A stretch of 64,000 nucleotides of DNA, from positions 694 to 64,693 of the IMG/VR virus record IMGVR_UViG_3300005662_000042. The stretch is one strand, 5' to 3'. Below, piece after piece: positions 28,737-39,000 of the stretch. How positions within the stretch are numbered: the first letter of the stretch is position 1; each line of letters begins with the position of its first letter. The notes beneath the pieces were generated by a model, which saw nothing but the letters and a program-made list of their open reading frames with translations, did no database searches and was not told the DNA's origin. The stretch is from a virus (lineage: Duplodnaviria; Caudoviricetes). The position numbers and the translations under genes were made by a program.

Positions 28737-29638
28737 TGGCTAGCATATTCGTTCAAATACCCTCATACCACGACCTAGAACTGGCTAGAACAATTCAGGA
28801 TTGTTTAAAAAAAAGTTCAGGTAAACATGTTATAAATTTTGGAGTACATTTAACTTACTTTAATAATAACGACATTAATATTCCTAATTTAAATAATGTC
28901 AAGTTTAGTATAAGCCGTGCTCCAGATAATATAGGGGTGGGAACTTCAAGGCATATAGCAAATGAATTCTATAATGGAGAAGATTATTATTTGCAGATAG
29001 ATTCTCACATGCGATTTGGTGAGTTCTGGGATGATATTCTAATTAATAATTATCTAAAGTATAAGTCTATGGGATCTAATCCAGCTATATCCTGTTACCC
29101 TGGAGCATACGAGTATAATGGATTTGACGTGGACATTTTAAATACAAAGTCTCACGTTGCATATACTGAATTTATTCAAGAGTTAAGCTTTCAAAATAAC
29201 TATGTTCCGCACCAAAGAGCAGTTGGAAATTTTGGAAACAATGTTTTTTCAAAATCTGTGTCAGCCGCATCAATATTTTCAAGTGGAGAAATGGCATCTA
29301 TAAAACCAAATAAGAAGATGTTTTTTTGGGGAGAAGAAATTTTAACAGCCATAAGGCTATATACCCATGGGTTTGATATAATGTTGCCAGAGGCTCAATT
29401 CTTTTACCATCTATACTATGACCACGCAAAAGGCTATAAAAATTTAAGAAGGCAGGTAACGGAAGATTTCCCTATAGAGTCTTCTGTTCTTGAAACAAAT
29501 TCACAAAAAGAGCTTAAAAGGATTATCATCGATAAGCCAGTGGGGGATCAAGAGCTGGGATCAATAAGGACCCTAGAAGAATACGAGTTATTTGCGGGCA
29601 TCAATTTTATTGACAAAAAGATTACGCAAGTGTTATAA
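28736..29638 (+). CDS. GlcNAc transferase-like glycosyltransferase (PF11397/GT60-like)
   Basis: IFVQIPSYHD, GVGTSR, EDYYLQIDSHMRFGEFWD, FFWGEE...RLYTHGFDI, YHLY motifs. Confidence 0.75.
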   Translation: MASIFVQIPSYHDLELARTIQDCLKKSSGKHVINFGVHLTYFNNNDINIPNLNNVKFSISRAPDNIGVGTSRHIANEFYNGEDYYLQIDSHMRFGEFWDDILINNYLKYKSMGSNPAISCYPGAYEYNGFDVDILNTKSHVAYTEFIQELSFQNNYVPHQRAVGNFGNNVFSKSVSAASIFSSGEMASIKPNKKMFFWGEEILTAIRLYTHGFDIMLPEAQFFYHLYYDHAKGYKNLRRQVTEDFPIESSVLETNSQKELKRIIIDKPVGDQELGSIRTLEEYELFAGINFIDKKITQVL

Positions 29639-29639
29639 T
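29610..29639 (+). promoter_or_regulatory. Sigma70-type promoter
   Basis: TTGACA-18 nt-TATAAT with TGn extension. Confidence 0.6.
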
Positions 29640-29656
29640 ATATAAGGAGGAATAAA

Positions 29657-29881
29657 ATGACAACACTATCAAAAGCAGAAAAGTTACAAATTATTGAATC
29701 AAGATCTAGAGGTATTGAGTACAAAAAGTTTGGACTAGAAATAGATCTAGTAGTAGAAAATGCTAAAACATCACCAGACTCTGAAGCAGTTTCAGTTATT
29801 GAAGATGCTATTTCAGAATGTTCAAATCAGCTGTCTGTTCTAAATTCAGAACTTGCAGAAGTAAATGCAATAGAAGAATAA
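29657..29881 (+). CDS. Hypothetical helical protein
   Basis: 74 aa; AGGAGG RBS. Confidence 0.65.
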   Translation: MTTLSKAEKLQIIESRSRGIEYKKFGLEIDLVVENAKTSPDSEAVSVIEDAISECSNQLSVLNSELAEVNAIEE

Positions 29882-29886
29882 TATAA

Positions 29887-30060
29887 ATGGAAAAATTAGA
29901 ATTAATTGTTAATGCCCTGCAAGAAAGAATTGGCCAGTTAGTTTCAGGATATGAAACTCAAATTGCAGTCCTTAGAGCAGAGATAACCGATATTATGAAT
30001 AAGCAGGCAGCACAAGAAGAGTATTCAAAATCTATTGATGCTAAGCTAGAAGAGGTTTAA
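29887..30060 (+). CDS. Small coiled-coil protein (not in the ORF track)
   Basis: MEKLELIVNALQERIGQLVSGYETQIAVLRAEITDIMNKQAAQEEYSKSIDAKLEEV*; fills the gap exactly. Confidence 0.65.
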   Translation: MEKLELIVNALQERIGQLVSGYETQIAVLRAEITDIMNKQAAQEEYSKSIDAKLEEV

Positions 30061-30061
30061 A

Positions 30062-30481
30062 GTGACTGTAACATTTCAAGATGGCGAACCAGTAGACCCA
30101 AAAAAATTACAGGATTTGCAAACTCAAATCGATAACATTTCATTAAAAGCTAATGACGCATACGATCTAAGTAAAACTACATCTGAGAATGTAACAGTCC
30201 TATCAGTAATGCATTTAAAAGCAGGCGTAGTAGAATTTGAAAATGGTCTTACCGCAGGGTTTAACAATTCAGAAACTATAGATATTGGATGGGGTGCAGA
30301 CTATGTTGCATCCTATGTTACCGTAACTCCAGGAGGAAATCTTTATAAAAATAACATAAGGTACTCAGTATCTGGAGCTATTAACGCACAAAAACTAAAC
30401 GTATGGTCAGAAAAAGCTGTGTCAGGACCAGTTCGTTTCCATTGGGTCTCAGCTGGTAAAAAGAATCTACCAAACCCATAA
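30062..30481 (+). CDS. Minor virion protein with beta-sandwich (lectin/gp53-like) C-terminus
   Basis: 139 aa; 'FQDGEPVDPKKL' N-terminus; C-terminal 'VRFHWVSAG'. Confidence 0.45.
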   Translation: MTVTFQDGEPVDPKKLQDLQTQIDNISLKANDAYDLSKTTSENVTVLSVMHLKAGVVEFENGLTAGFNNSETIDIGWGADYVASYVTVTPGGNLYKNNIRYSVSGAINAQKLNVWSEKAVSGPVRFHWVSAGKKNLPNP

Positions 30482-30487
30482 CAGCTA

Positions 30488-30515
30488 TTGACAACTTTTT
30501 TAAATATGTTACAAT
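30488..30515 (+). promoter_or_regulatory. Promoter for the replication-region operon
   Basis: TTGACA-16 nt-TACAAT with TGn extension. Confidence 0.6.
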
Positions 30516-30527
30516 TACTGTAACAAC

Positions 30528-30552
30528 AAAGTCACGATCTCGTGACTTTTTT
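30528..30552 (+). other. 9-bp perfect inverted repeat with T tract (terminator-like or operator)
   Basis: AAAGTCACG-ATCT-CGTGACTTT followed by TTT. Confidence 0.7.
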
Positions 30553-30569
30553 ACATATTGAGGTAAATA

Positions 30570-31370
30570 ATGAGCAACGATTTAAAGTGGATGATCTCAT
30601 CCGACCAGCAGTTCCCATATCAGGATGATAAAATGATCGCACTTTGGTTTAAGGTTATGAAGTGGTTTAAGCCAGACGTTGTTGATTACCTAGGTGATAC
30701 AGATGACCAGGCATGCTACAGTAAGTATACAGAAGGCCGTTCTGCAGAATTCTTAAATCTTCATAAAACTGACAGCAGAGATTTAATTGTTCCAATGATG
30801 CGACACGAAGCAAAAGGCGCAAGAGATTTTTATGCTAAGACAAGAGATATGCTACCAGATGCACAACTATTTTCAGCACTAGGAAATCATGATGTTAGAA
30901 TTTTTAACTATGTAGATGCAAAACTTCCTGATTACATTAATGAGGTAACACCAGAAGCTCTATGGGGATTAGATTCATTGGGATATGAGTACATTCATTA
31001 CAACGAATTGCCGAAGCGTCGCTTTGGAGACATTCACGTTCACCATGGACTTTCAATTGCAGCAACTGGTTCTGTTCGTAAAGATATGGAAGACCTTCAA
31101 ATTTCATTAATTAGAGGGCACTCTCATAGAATTGCTTCTCACCTAGTTACATACGAGTTAAGAAATAATGGCGAAGGAGAAACTCTGCGTGGGTATGAGC
31201 TTGGGCATATGTGTGACGAAAAAGGCCCAGGAATGAAATATATGCAACACCACGATTGGCAAAAGGGTTTTGCGATTGCTCATATTGTTAACGATTATCC
31301 ACATATTCAAATGATCCACGTAGCGCCAGACTACTCATGTGTTGTTGATGGGAAGCTATTTACACTATGA
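30570..31370 (+). CDS. Calcineurin-like metallophosphoesterase
   Basis: SDxQ, GDxxD, GNHD, HHG, GHSHR motifs. Confidence 0.85.
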   Translation: MSNDLKWMISSDQQFPYQDDKMIALWFKVMKWFKPDVVDYLGDTDDQACYSKYTEGRSAEFLNLHKTDSRDLIVPMMRHEAKGARDFYAKTRDMLPDAQLFSALGNHDVRIFNYVDAKLPDYINEVTPEALWGLDSLGYEYIHYNELPKRRFGDIHVHHGLSIAATGSVRKDMEDLQISLIRGHSHRIASHLVTYELRNNGEGETLRGYELGHMCDEKGPGMKYMQHHDWQKGFAIAHIVNDYPHIQMIHVAPDYSCVVDGKLFTL

Positions 31371-31558
31371 TGCTCAATTGTACTAAATGCAGGGGAAGAG
31401 TATTTATTGACAGAGTCTTTTCTCAAAAGTTGCACATGGAATTGTTTTGCGTAATGTGTGGCAAAAGATGGATGATCAATAAAGATACAAGTAAACTAGG
31501 GAAATGGTTAGAGCAATTAGAAAAAACAAAAGAAAAAAGTTTAGCTATTTCTTCCTAA
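31367..31558 (+). CDS. Zinc-ribbon protein
   Basis: CTKC...CVMCG; ATGA overlap. Confidence 0.7.
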   Translation: MMLNCTKCRGRVFIDRVFSQKLHMELFCVMCGKRWMINKDTSKLGKWLEQLEKTKEKSLAISS

Positions 31559-31986
31559 ACAATAAGATACACAAAGTTCTCAGCTCATCTTGGGCAAAAG
31601 ACGAGCTTATTGCTTGGTGCTATCCAGATAAAAAAAGAGTCATGTATTCATATTCTCAGGTTGTTAAAAGCATGGAGAATGCATATTCTACAAAGCAGGT
31701 TGCTCAAATACTAAATAAGCATAAGGTAACTATTGAAGATTATATCTTAGACGGCAAAATAAGATATCCTCAAAAAGTCTACCCTATTGGAAATGATGAG
31801 AGCACATGGTATAAATTTATGTATAGCGAGTCTGATATAATCGATATACATCAGTTTATATTAGAAGCGGGATATTCAAAAGATATGCCGTCAAAAAATG
31901 AGTTGAGGGCTCTTCTCAAACACAACACTATATTGTATACTAAGACAACAGAGGGGAACTTTGTACCAGTATGGAAAGCAGAGTAG
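31504..31986 (+). CDS. HTH DNA-binding protein (MerR/excisionase-like)
   Basis: AYSTKQVAQILNKHKVTIEDYILDGKI. Confidence 0.65.
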   Translation: MVRAIRKNKRKKFSYFFLNNKIHKVLSSSWAKDELIAWCYPDKKRVMYSYSQVVKSMENAYSTKQVAQILNKHKVTIEDYILDGKIRYPQKVYPIGNDESTWYKFMYSESDIIDIHQFILEAGYSKDMPSKNELRALLKHNTILYTKTTEGNFVPVWKAE

Positions 31987-32093
31987 TACCAGCAAGAGTT
32001 GTTGTATGCGAATTATGTAAGAAAGAATTGGTAGTGCGTTGGGGCATTTTTGCCCATGACACTTTGAGCAGACATAGGAAGGCGGATCATTAA
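31971..32093 (+). CDS. 40-aa C2H2-like zinc-finger protein (not in the ORF track)
   Basis: MESRVVPARVVVCELCKKELVVRWGIFAHDTLSRHRKADH*; its stop overlaps the next ATG (TAATG). Confidence 0.55.
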   Translation: MESRVVPARVVVCELCKKELVVRWGIFAHDTLSRHRKADH

Positions 32094-32302
32094 TGGAAAA
32101 AGGAACACACGTCAGAGTGGATCTATCCTTTACACGTAACTTGGGTAATTTTGAAAGTATAAAAATAGGAATTGGCGTAGATGACTTCGTTAGAGACGGA
32201 GAGACAGTCACAGCTGCAACAGATAGAGTATACAAGTTTGTTGAAGATAAGCTTTTAGAAAAGACTCGTGAAGTAGAAGAAGAGCTCAAGCGTGGCAAAT
32301 GA
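32093..32302 (+). CDS. Hypothetical protein
   Basis: 69 aa; RVDLSFTRNLGNFESIKIGIG; coupled to neighbours. Confidence 0.65.
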   Translation: MEKGTHVRVDLSFTRNLGNFESIKIGIGVDDFVRDGETVTAATDRVYKFVEDKLLEKTREVEEELKRGK

Positions 32303-32606
32303 AAAGCAGCCGTACATCCTAATTAGCCTATACCTTTCTTTGTATAAAGAAAAATACAATAAGGTTTTGACTATTAATAAGTTTAGAGAAAAGTGGGCTA
32401 TGCAAGATGTTATTGATAGTGTAGGATATGATCGTGCAGTTGAGCTTTTAAAGTATTATTTCAAGACGGCAAAGTCGGGACACCCACTTAACTTCTTCTA
32501 TAATAACTTTGATAGAATTGATAATTTAGAAAAAGAAATTAAGAAGGATAAGGCAGTTCGCAGTGTCCTTCTAGAAGAAACTAAGAAGATGGTGGAAAAC
32601 GAATAA
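32292..32606 (+). CDS. Hypothetical protein (possible helicase loader/initiator partner)
   Basis: 104 aa directly upstream of, and coupled to, the DnaB-like gene. Confidence 0.55.
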   Translation: MANEKQPYILISLYLSLYKEKYNKVLTINKFREKWAMQDVIDSVGYDRAVELLKYYFKTAKSGHPLNFFYNNFDRIDNLEKEIKKDKAVRSVLLEETKKMVENE

Positions 32607-33850
32607 TGAATACAGAAGCAACATTAATTTCTGCGGTATGCAAGAACAAAGATATTAGCACACTGCTTGCTGATAATGTTGATGAGCTATTTACTTCCCA
32701 TAAAGATATTTGGGAAGGCTTAAAGTCATACTATTATAAATTTAAAGCTGTTCCAGAGGTAGGTATTCTTCAGGAAAGGTTTAAAGATTTTGAGCCAGTA
32801 GATGCTAAGGCCGAGACTGGCTATTATCTAGACCAGCTTAAGAATGAGTTCATATCAAATAAACTGAAGAGTATTATTATTAAGGGAGGCTCTGCGCTAA
32901 AGGAAGATGCAGCCTCTAGAGTGCTTGCACAAATGCAAAGCGACTTAGCAGGCTTAAGTCGTTTTACAAATAATGTCAGAGACTTAGATATTATTGATGT
33001 AGAAAATGCAGCACGACATTATGAAGCAACCAAGGAGCGTTCATCCGTAATGGGTGGTGCTCCAGGAATCCTGACGGGCTTCAGCGCAATCGACAAAGCG
33101 TACCCAACTGGAATGGCTCCAGGACACCTTATCGTTGCCATTGGTTGGCCAGGGCGTGGTAAGACATGGTTTACGTCATATCTTGCATGCAAAGCTTGGG
33201 AGCAAGGGTTTAAGCCCATGATTGTTTCTCTTGAAATGTCTCCCGAAAACATGCGTGATCGTATCTTTACAATGCTAGGCTCTGGAATATTCAGAGCAAG
33301 CGATTTGTCAAAGGGTGATATCAACATTGATGATTTCCGTAACTGGGGAAATAAGAAGTTTGAGGGAAAGAATAGTTTTGTTCTAATCTCAAATGAAGGT
33401 GCATCAGAAGTTACACCTGCAACTATTCAAGGTAAGATAGATCAGCATAAGCCAGACCTAGTTATTCTTGATTATCACCAACTATTTAATGACAATAAAA
33501 GAAGTAATTCTGAAGTAGAAAGAAACAGAAACGTATCTCGTGAATTTAAGATGCTTGCCGTGTCAAATAATATTCCTATTATTGACATTACTGCAGCAAC
33601 TGCAGATGATGTATCTGATCAAGATAATCCTCCGATGATGTCTCAGGTTGCTTGGTCTAAAGCAATTGAATACGATGCAGACATGGCTTTGGCAGTACAC
33701 AGATACCCTCAAACCAATATGATTGAGATTGTTTCTAGGAAGAATAGACACGGTCATGACTTTAATTTTTACCTAGATTGGGATATCAACAGGGGTATCG
33801 TCAAAGAGATTTACGAAAACCCTTTTGAAAATGACTCACAAAAGAATTAA
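32606..33850 (+). CDS. dnaB: DnaB-like replicative helicase
   Basis: Walker A GWPGRGKT, SLEMS, ILDYHQL, IEYDAD, KNRHG. Confidence 0.92.
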   Translation: MNTEATLISAVCKNKDISTLLADNVDELFTSHKDIWEGLKSYYYKFKAVPEVGILQERFKDFEPVDAKAETGYYLDQLKNEFISNKLKSIIIKGGSALKEDAASRVLAQMQSDLAGLSRFTNNVRDLDIIDVENAARHYEATKERSSVMGGAPGILTGFSAIDKAYPTGMAPGHLIVAIGWPGRGKTWFTSYLACKAWEQGFKPMIVSLEMSPENMRDRIFTMLGSGIFRASDLSKGDINIDDFRNWGNKKFEGKNSFVLISNEGASEVTPATIQGKIDQHKPDLVILDYHQLFNDNKRSNSEVERNRNVSREFKMLAVSNNIPIIDITAATADDVSDQDNPPMMSQVAWSKAIEYDADMALAVHRYPQTNMIEIVSRKNRHGHDFNFYLDWDINRGIVKEIYENPFENDSQKN

Positions 33851-34133
33851 AAGATTTCAAATTGATGTAGAGTTTTATGATAATGCTCAGCTGATTAGCC
33901 TTAAGCCACAGTATGAGAATTTACTTACTCATGACATGAGGTCTAAAGGGTACGCTAGAGTACTTGACATAGACACAGCATTTTCGGTAGAATTTACAGG
34001 TGAGACATGGAAGTTCTTAATGACACTCCATGGAATATATGTAGGAAAGAAGCAAGCATGGCTATCAGAGGGTATAACGCAAGGAAAGTTGATTCCACGT
34101 ACTATGCGCCCAACCATATCAAATCAATCATAA
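33831..34133 (+). CDS. Hypothetical protein
   Basis: About 100-aa ORF between helicase and primase. Confidence 0.55.
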   Translation: MTHKRIKRFQIDVEFYDNAQLISLKPQYENLLTHDMRSKGYARVLDIDTAFSVEFTGETWKFLMTLHGIYVGKKQAWLSEGITQGKLIPRTMRPTISNQS

Positions 34134-35056
34134 AGGCTTTAGGTTTAGATATTGTTGCAGAGCCAGGTAACGAGGTTATGTTCTACTGTCCTTTTCATTC
34201 CAATAGGCACACAGCAAGCTGTTGCATAAACAAATCTTCTGGGGCATGGCTATGCTTTAATCCTTCTTGTGGTGAAACTGGAACCCTGACAGAGCTGGTT
34301 AGAAGAGTATTACACAAAAATGATTTTGAGGCCATTAGATTTATTGCTGCTCAGGAGCAAGAAGCGTTAAACAATTTTGATGAAGTTATGGCAAGTATGT
34401 TTGAGGTTAAACCAGACTTCGAGGAGTTTCCTCAAGACACTTTGGATAGATTACATGCAGACCTTTACGGTCATAAGCAAGCAAGAGATTACTTAAACTC
34501 AAGAGGAATTGTAGATCAATCCATGAAAGACTTTAATCTTGGGTATTCTAATGCAATGGGAATGGTCATTACACCAGTTCATAGTCCAGACGGGATGCCT
34601 ATTGGCTTGGTAGGTAGATCAATTGAGGGTAAAGCTTTTAAGAATAGCACCAGCTTGCCAAAGAGCAAAACCTTATTTAATGTTCATCGTGCTAAAAAAA
34701 TTGGAGACCACGTTATAGTGGTAGAGTCAAACTTTGATGCAATAAGAATACATCAGGCAGGGTTTCCAAATGTGGTCGCAACTCTAGGCGGCATTTTGTC
34801 AACAGAGCAGCACAAGATTTTAAATAGATATTTTAATAAGATAACAATAATGACCGACTCAGACTTGGCTGGCAGGGAGCTAGGGCTAAGCATAGCCAAT
34901 AGATTAAAAAATAAAGACATCTTGTGGGGATCTTATGAATATGGTAAGATATATCCACATGATGCAAAAGATGCAGGCGATATGACCGATGAGGAAATTA
35001 AAGCCTGTATTAAAAATTCAGTATCTGATATCGAATATCGATCTTGGAGCCCATAA
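34058..35056 (+). CDS. dnaG: DNA primase (zinc finger + TOPRIM)
   Basis: CPFH...C..C zinc-binding domain; VVESNFDA and DSDLAG TOPRIM motifs. Confidence 0.9.
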   Translation: MAIRGYNARKVDSTYYAPNHIKSIIKALGLDIVAEPGNEVMFYCPFHSNRHTASCCINKSSGAWLCFNPSCGETGTLTELVRRVLHKNDFEAIRFIAAQEQEALNNFDEVMASMFEVKPDFEEFPQDTLDRLHADLYGHKQARDYLNSRGIVDQSMKDFNLGYSNAMGMVITPVHSPDGMPIGLVGRSIEGKAFKNSTSLPKSKTLFNVHRAKKIGDHVIVVESNFDAIRIHQAGFPNVVATLGGILSTEQHKILNRYFNKITIMTDSDLAGRELGLSIANRLKNKDILWGSYEYGKIYPHDAKDAGDMTDEEIKACIKNSVSDIEYRSWSP

Positions 35057-35106
35057 AAATAAAATAAAGATGGATATATACCATCAACTATAGAGAAGAG
35101 GAACAA

Positions 35107-35775
35107 ATGGGAATAGTAAAAGGTCTTAAGGACTTAAATAAAGTAATGGACAAGCCACAGTCTTCAGGTGGAGAAGGAACCAAAGCTCGCTGGGTAAAGC
35201 TAGAAGATAGCGAAAGCGTAAAGATTCGTTTTCTTCAAGAACTTGATCCAGACTCACCAACATATAACGAAAAGTTAGGTCTAGGTTTTATTGCTGTAGA
35301 GCATACAAATCCAAAAGACTATCGCCGTAAGGCACTTTGTTCAATGGACGATCAGGGAAAGTGCTACGGTTGCGAGCAGCATCGTAAGGACTACAAGGCT
35401 GGTTGGAAAGGCCGTTCAAGACTGTACATTAACGTATTAGTAGATGATGGCAAAGAAGATCCTTATGTAGGAATTCTTTCACAGGGTTCAAGTGGCAAAA
35501 CAGTAACACCAACACTTATCGAGTATGCTGGTGAAATGGGAAGCATTACTAACCTAATGTGGCGTATTAAGCGCACAGGAACAAAAACCGATACAAGTTA
35601 TACAATCATCCCTCTAGCTAAGGATGAAACACCGTTTGACGGGACAACTCTTGAGCTTTACAAGCTTGAGGAAACTGCAGTACGTGATCTTCCGTACACA
35701 GACCAGGAGTCATTCTTTGCTGGAGAGCATTCAAGCGAAGAAGATTCTAGTTCATCTAGCAGCGTAGACTGGTAA
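35107..35775 (+). CDS. Single-stranded DNA-binding protein (gp32-like)
   Basis: H...C...C..C zinc motif; KRTGTKTDTSY; acidic/Ser-rich tail; position in the replication module. Confidence 0.7.
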   Translation: MGIVKGLKDLNKVMDKPQSSGGEGTKARWVKLEDSESVKIRFLQELDPDSPTYNEKLGLGFIAVEHTNPKDYRRKALCSMDDQGKCYGCEQHRKDYKAGWKGRSRLYINVLVDDGKEDPYVGILSQGSSGKTVTPTLIEYAGEMGSITNLMWRIKRTGTKTDTSYTIIPLAKDETPFDGTTLELYKLEETAVRDLPYTDQESFFAGEHSSEEDSSSSSSVDW

Positions 35776-35786
35776 TACAAGTATAT

Positions 35787-35829
35787 GCAGGGCTAGTCTA
35801 TTGACTAGCCCTGCGTTATTTGTTAGAAT
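35787..35829 (+). promoter_or_regulatory. 12-bp hairpin overlapping the -35 of the dnaE-operon promoter
   Basis: GCAGGGCTAGTC-TATT-GACTAGCCCTGC; TTGACT(35801)-17 nt-TAGAAT(35824). Confidence 0.65.
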
Positions 35830-35835
35830 ATCAAT

Positions 35836-36042
35836 ATGATATCTTACGAAATACCAGATCCGTTTGATACTTTTGTAGCAAACAAGTACAAAGATTATAA
35901 AGGAATGCTTTATGATTTCTTTGCAAAAGAATGGCATTTAAAAGCAGCTTGCTGTGGAGAAGATTTATATGCACCAAACAAAAAAACAATGATTAAGATT
36001 AGACTTTATCATACAAGAAACGAATGCATGGGCGGATACTAA
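35836..36042 (+). CDS. Small putative metal-binding protein
   Basis: 68 aa; ACCG...HTRNEC; TAATG coupling to dnaE. Confidence 0.6.
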   Translation: MISYEIPDPFDTFVANKYKDYKGMLYDFFAKEWHLKAACCGEDLYAPNKKTMIKIRLYHTRNECMGGY

Positions 36043-39000
36043 TGAGTTTTACACACCTACATGTTCACTCATACTATTCATTAATGGATGGACTTAATTC
36101 TCCATTAGAGTTAGTGCAAGCCGCAAAAGCAGCAGGACAAACAGCAATTGCAATTACAGATCACGGCACGTTGTCTTCACACAGAGAAATGCAGATTGCT
36201 TGTAGGGAAGAGGGCATAAAGCCAATCCTGGGAGTAGAGGCTTATATATCTCCAACAGATAGGTTTGACAAGTCTTCAAAAACAGATAAGTCTATTCAGG
36301 CTTACAACCACATAATTTTGTTAGCAAAAAATAAAAAGGGTCTGGAGAATATAAACACACTACAGGAAATTGCTTGGAACGAAGGGTTTTATCATAAGCC
36401 TAGAATAGATAGGGAAATACTAAATGAATACTCGGAAGGAATTATTGTCCTTTCTGGATGCCTTAATGGGCTTATCTCTAAGGCTATCGAGAAGGGCGAA
36501 TTCTCTGAAGCTAAAATGGTGCTCAAAGATTTTCAGAAAACTTTCGGCAAAGATTTTTATGTTGAGGTACAGTCTCACAATCCAGAAGAAATAAACTCTA
36601 AGCTACTAGAACTTGCCGACGAGCTAGGGATCAAGGCGGTGGCAACAGGTGATGCTCACTTTGCTAAAGAAGAAGATAGAGTATTAGAAGAAGCAATGCT
36701 TATTCTGTCCACGTCCCCAAAAATGGATAAGGATGCTGACTTTGAAATGTCTAGACAGATTAAAGATATTAATGATAGGTTAAACTACCTATATCCAGAT
36801 CGTAGAATATCATTTCAAGACTATAATCTATTTATACAGTCACGTTCTGAAATTGAAGCAGACTTTAATAAGGCTGGAATTACACGCAAAGACATTTATG
36901 AAAATACCATGGAGATTGCTGACAAAATTGGAGAATACGATTTTAACAGTGGTTTAGATCTACTCCCAGTACCTAAGACTGATGCAGACCAGAAACTGTC
37001 TCAGATGGCCTCAGAAGGCCTTAAAAGACTAAATCTAGTCGACCAGGTCTACCTGGAGAGACTTAAAGAAGAGCTATCTGTAATTAAAGATAAGTCATTT
37101 GCTTCCTATTTTCTTGTTGTAGCAGATATGATTAATTGGGCAAAAGAAAATGATATTAAGGTTGGCCCAGGTCGTGGCTCTGCTGCAGGCTCCTTGGTTT
37201 GCTATGCCCTAGGAATTACAGATGTAGATCCAATTAAATATGATTTATTGTTTTTTAGATTTATTAACCCAGAGCGTAATGACTTTCCTGATATCGATAC
37301 TGACTTTGAAGACCGACGAAGAAAAGAAGTTAAAGATTATTTAAAGAAAAAGTTTAAGCATGTTGCTTCAATTTCTACATATACTTATTTTAAGGATAAG
37401 GGTGTGATTAGAGATGCTGCACGTGTATTCATGGTTCCACTTTCAGATGTTAACCGTGCAATGAAATCAATTGATACCTTTGAAGACTTTATTGAGTCTC
37501 CGAACACTAAAGAATTTAGAAACAAGTATCCCGAAGTTGTATGGCTTGCAGATAGACTTCGTGGAAGAATTAGATCTGTTGGAGTGCATGCCGCAGGTGT
37601 TGTTGTCGCAAAAGATGACCTAAGAAAATATGCACCAGTAGAATCAAGAGCTGATGCAAGCGACTTGGTTTCTGGTAGAATTCCAGTCGTCGCATACGAC
37701 ATGGATACGGTTGCTGATATAGGTCTTATTAAACTAGATGCGCTAGGACTTAAGACTTTATCAGTGATCTCAGACACACTCGCATCAATTAAAAAGCGTA
37801 CAGGGAAAGACATTAATCTTTCTGAGTTGTCACTTGATGATGCTAGCGTTTATAAAGTATTGAGCGATGGGTATACAAAAGGAGTTTTTCAAGCTGAAGC
37901 AACACCATACACTAATCTTTTAATTAAAATGGGTGTAGACAAGTTTGAGGATCTTGCTGCATCAAATGCTCTTGTACGACCAGGTGCTATGAATACTGTG
38001 GGAGCTTCTTATATTAAGCGCAAGCATGGGGATGAGGCAGTTCAATTTATTCATCCAATTATGAAGCCTTTCACAGAAAATACTTATGGGGTTATTATTT
38101 ATCAGGAGCAGGTTATGCAAGCTTGCGTACACCTTGGAGGAATGACTTGGTCAGAGGCTGACAAAGTGCGTAAGATTATTGGAAAGAAGAAAGATGCAAA
38201 AGAGTTCGACGAGTTCAAGGATCGCTTTATTGATGGTGCTTCAAAACACATTTCTAAGAAGCAAGCCGAAACGCTATGGCATACTTTCGAGGCTCATGCT
38301 GGCTATTCTTTTAACCGCTCTCATGCTGTTGCTTATTCCATGCTTAGTTATTATACGGCTTGGCTTAAAACTTACTACCCTCTTGAGTTCATGTTTTCAA
38401 TTCTTAAAAACGAAAACGATAAAGATGCTAGAACAGAATACCTAATTGAAGCAAAAAGATTGGGGCTTAGCGTTAAGCTTCCACATATAAATGAGTCAGA
38501 CATATACTTCTCACTTCAAGGTGAGTCTATCCGTTTTGGGTTAGCTGAAGTAAAGTTTATTTCAGATAGTATTGCAAATAAAATAATTGATAAGAGGCCA
38601 TACAGAGATTATGCTGAATTTATTGAAAAGGCATCGAGTAAAGGTTCTGGCATTAATAGCCGTGCTATTAATGCTCTTAACGCCATCGGCGGTGCTGCGT
38701 TTGATGATAACAAAAGGCAAGGAAATGAAAAAGACAATTACTACGAATACTTAGGTATTCCAACCTTTAACCTTGAAGGAATCCCTCCAAGAATTAAAGC
38801 GCAGGCTAGACCTATTGAAGAGTTTGATGACCTAGGATCATTTGTTATGTTTGGCATGGTAAAAAGTATTAAGCGTGGTTCAGGGTGGGCAAGAGTAGAA
38901 CTAGTTGACGAGACAGGTTCTATTGGACTATTTCATACAGAGCAGACACAAATTGAAACTGGACAAATGTATTTTATCCTTGTAGGAGATAATAGAATTG

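Noticed and set aside
34007-34057. Longer upstream starts given by the ORF track (also 2852, 3478, 28428, 36024, 45710, 46038, 60691, 61474, 62468)
   Set aside because: Downstream ATGs give better RBS or stop/start coupling and avoid long overlaps, so the shorter starts were used.
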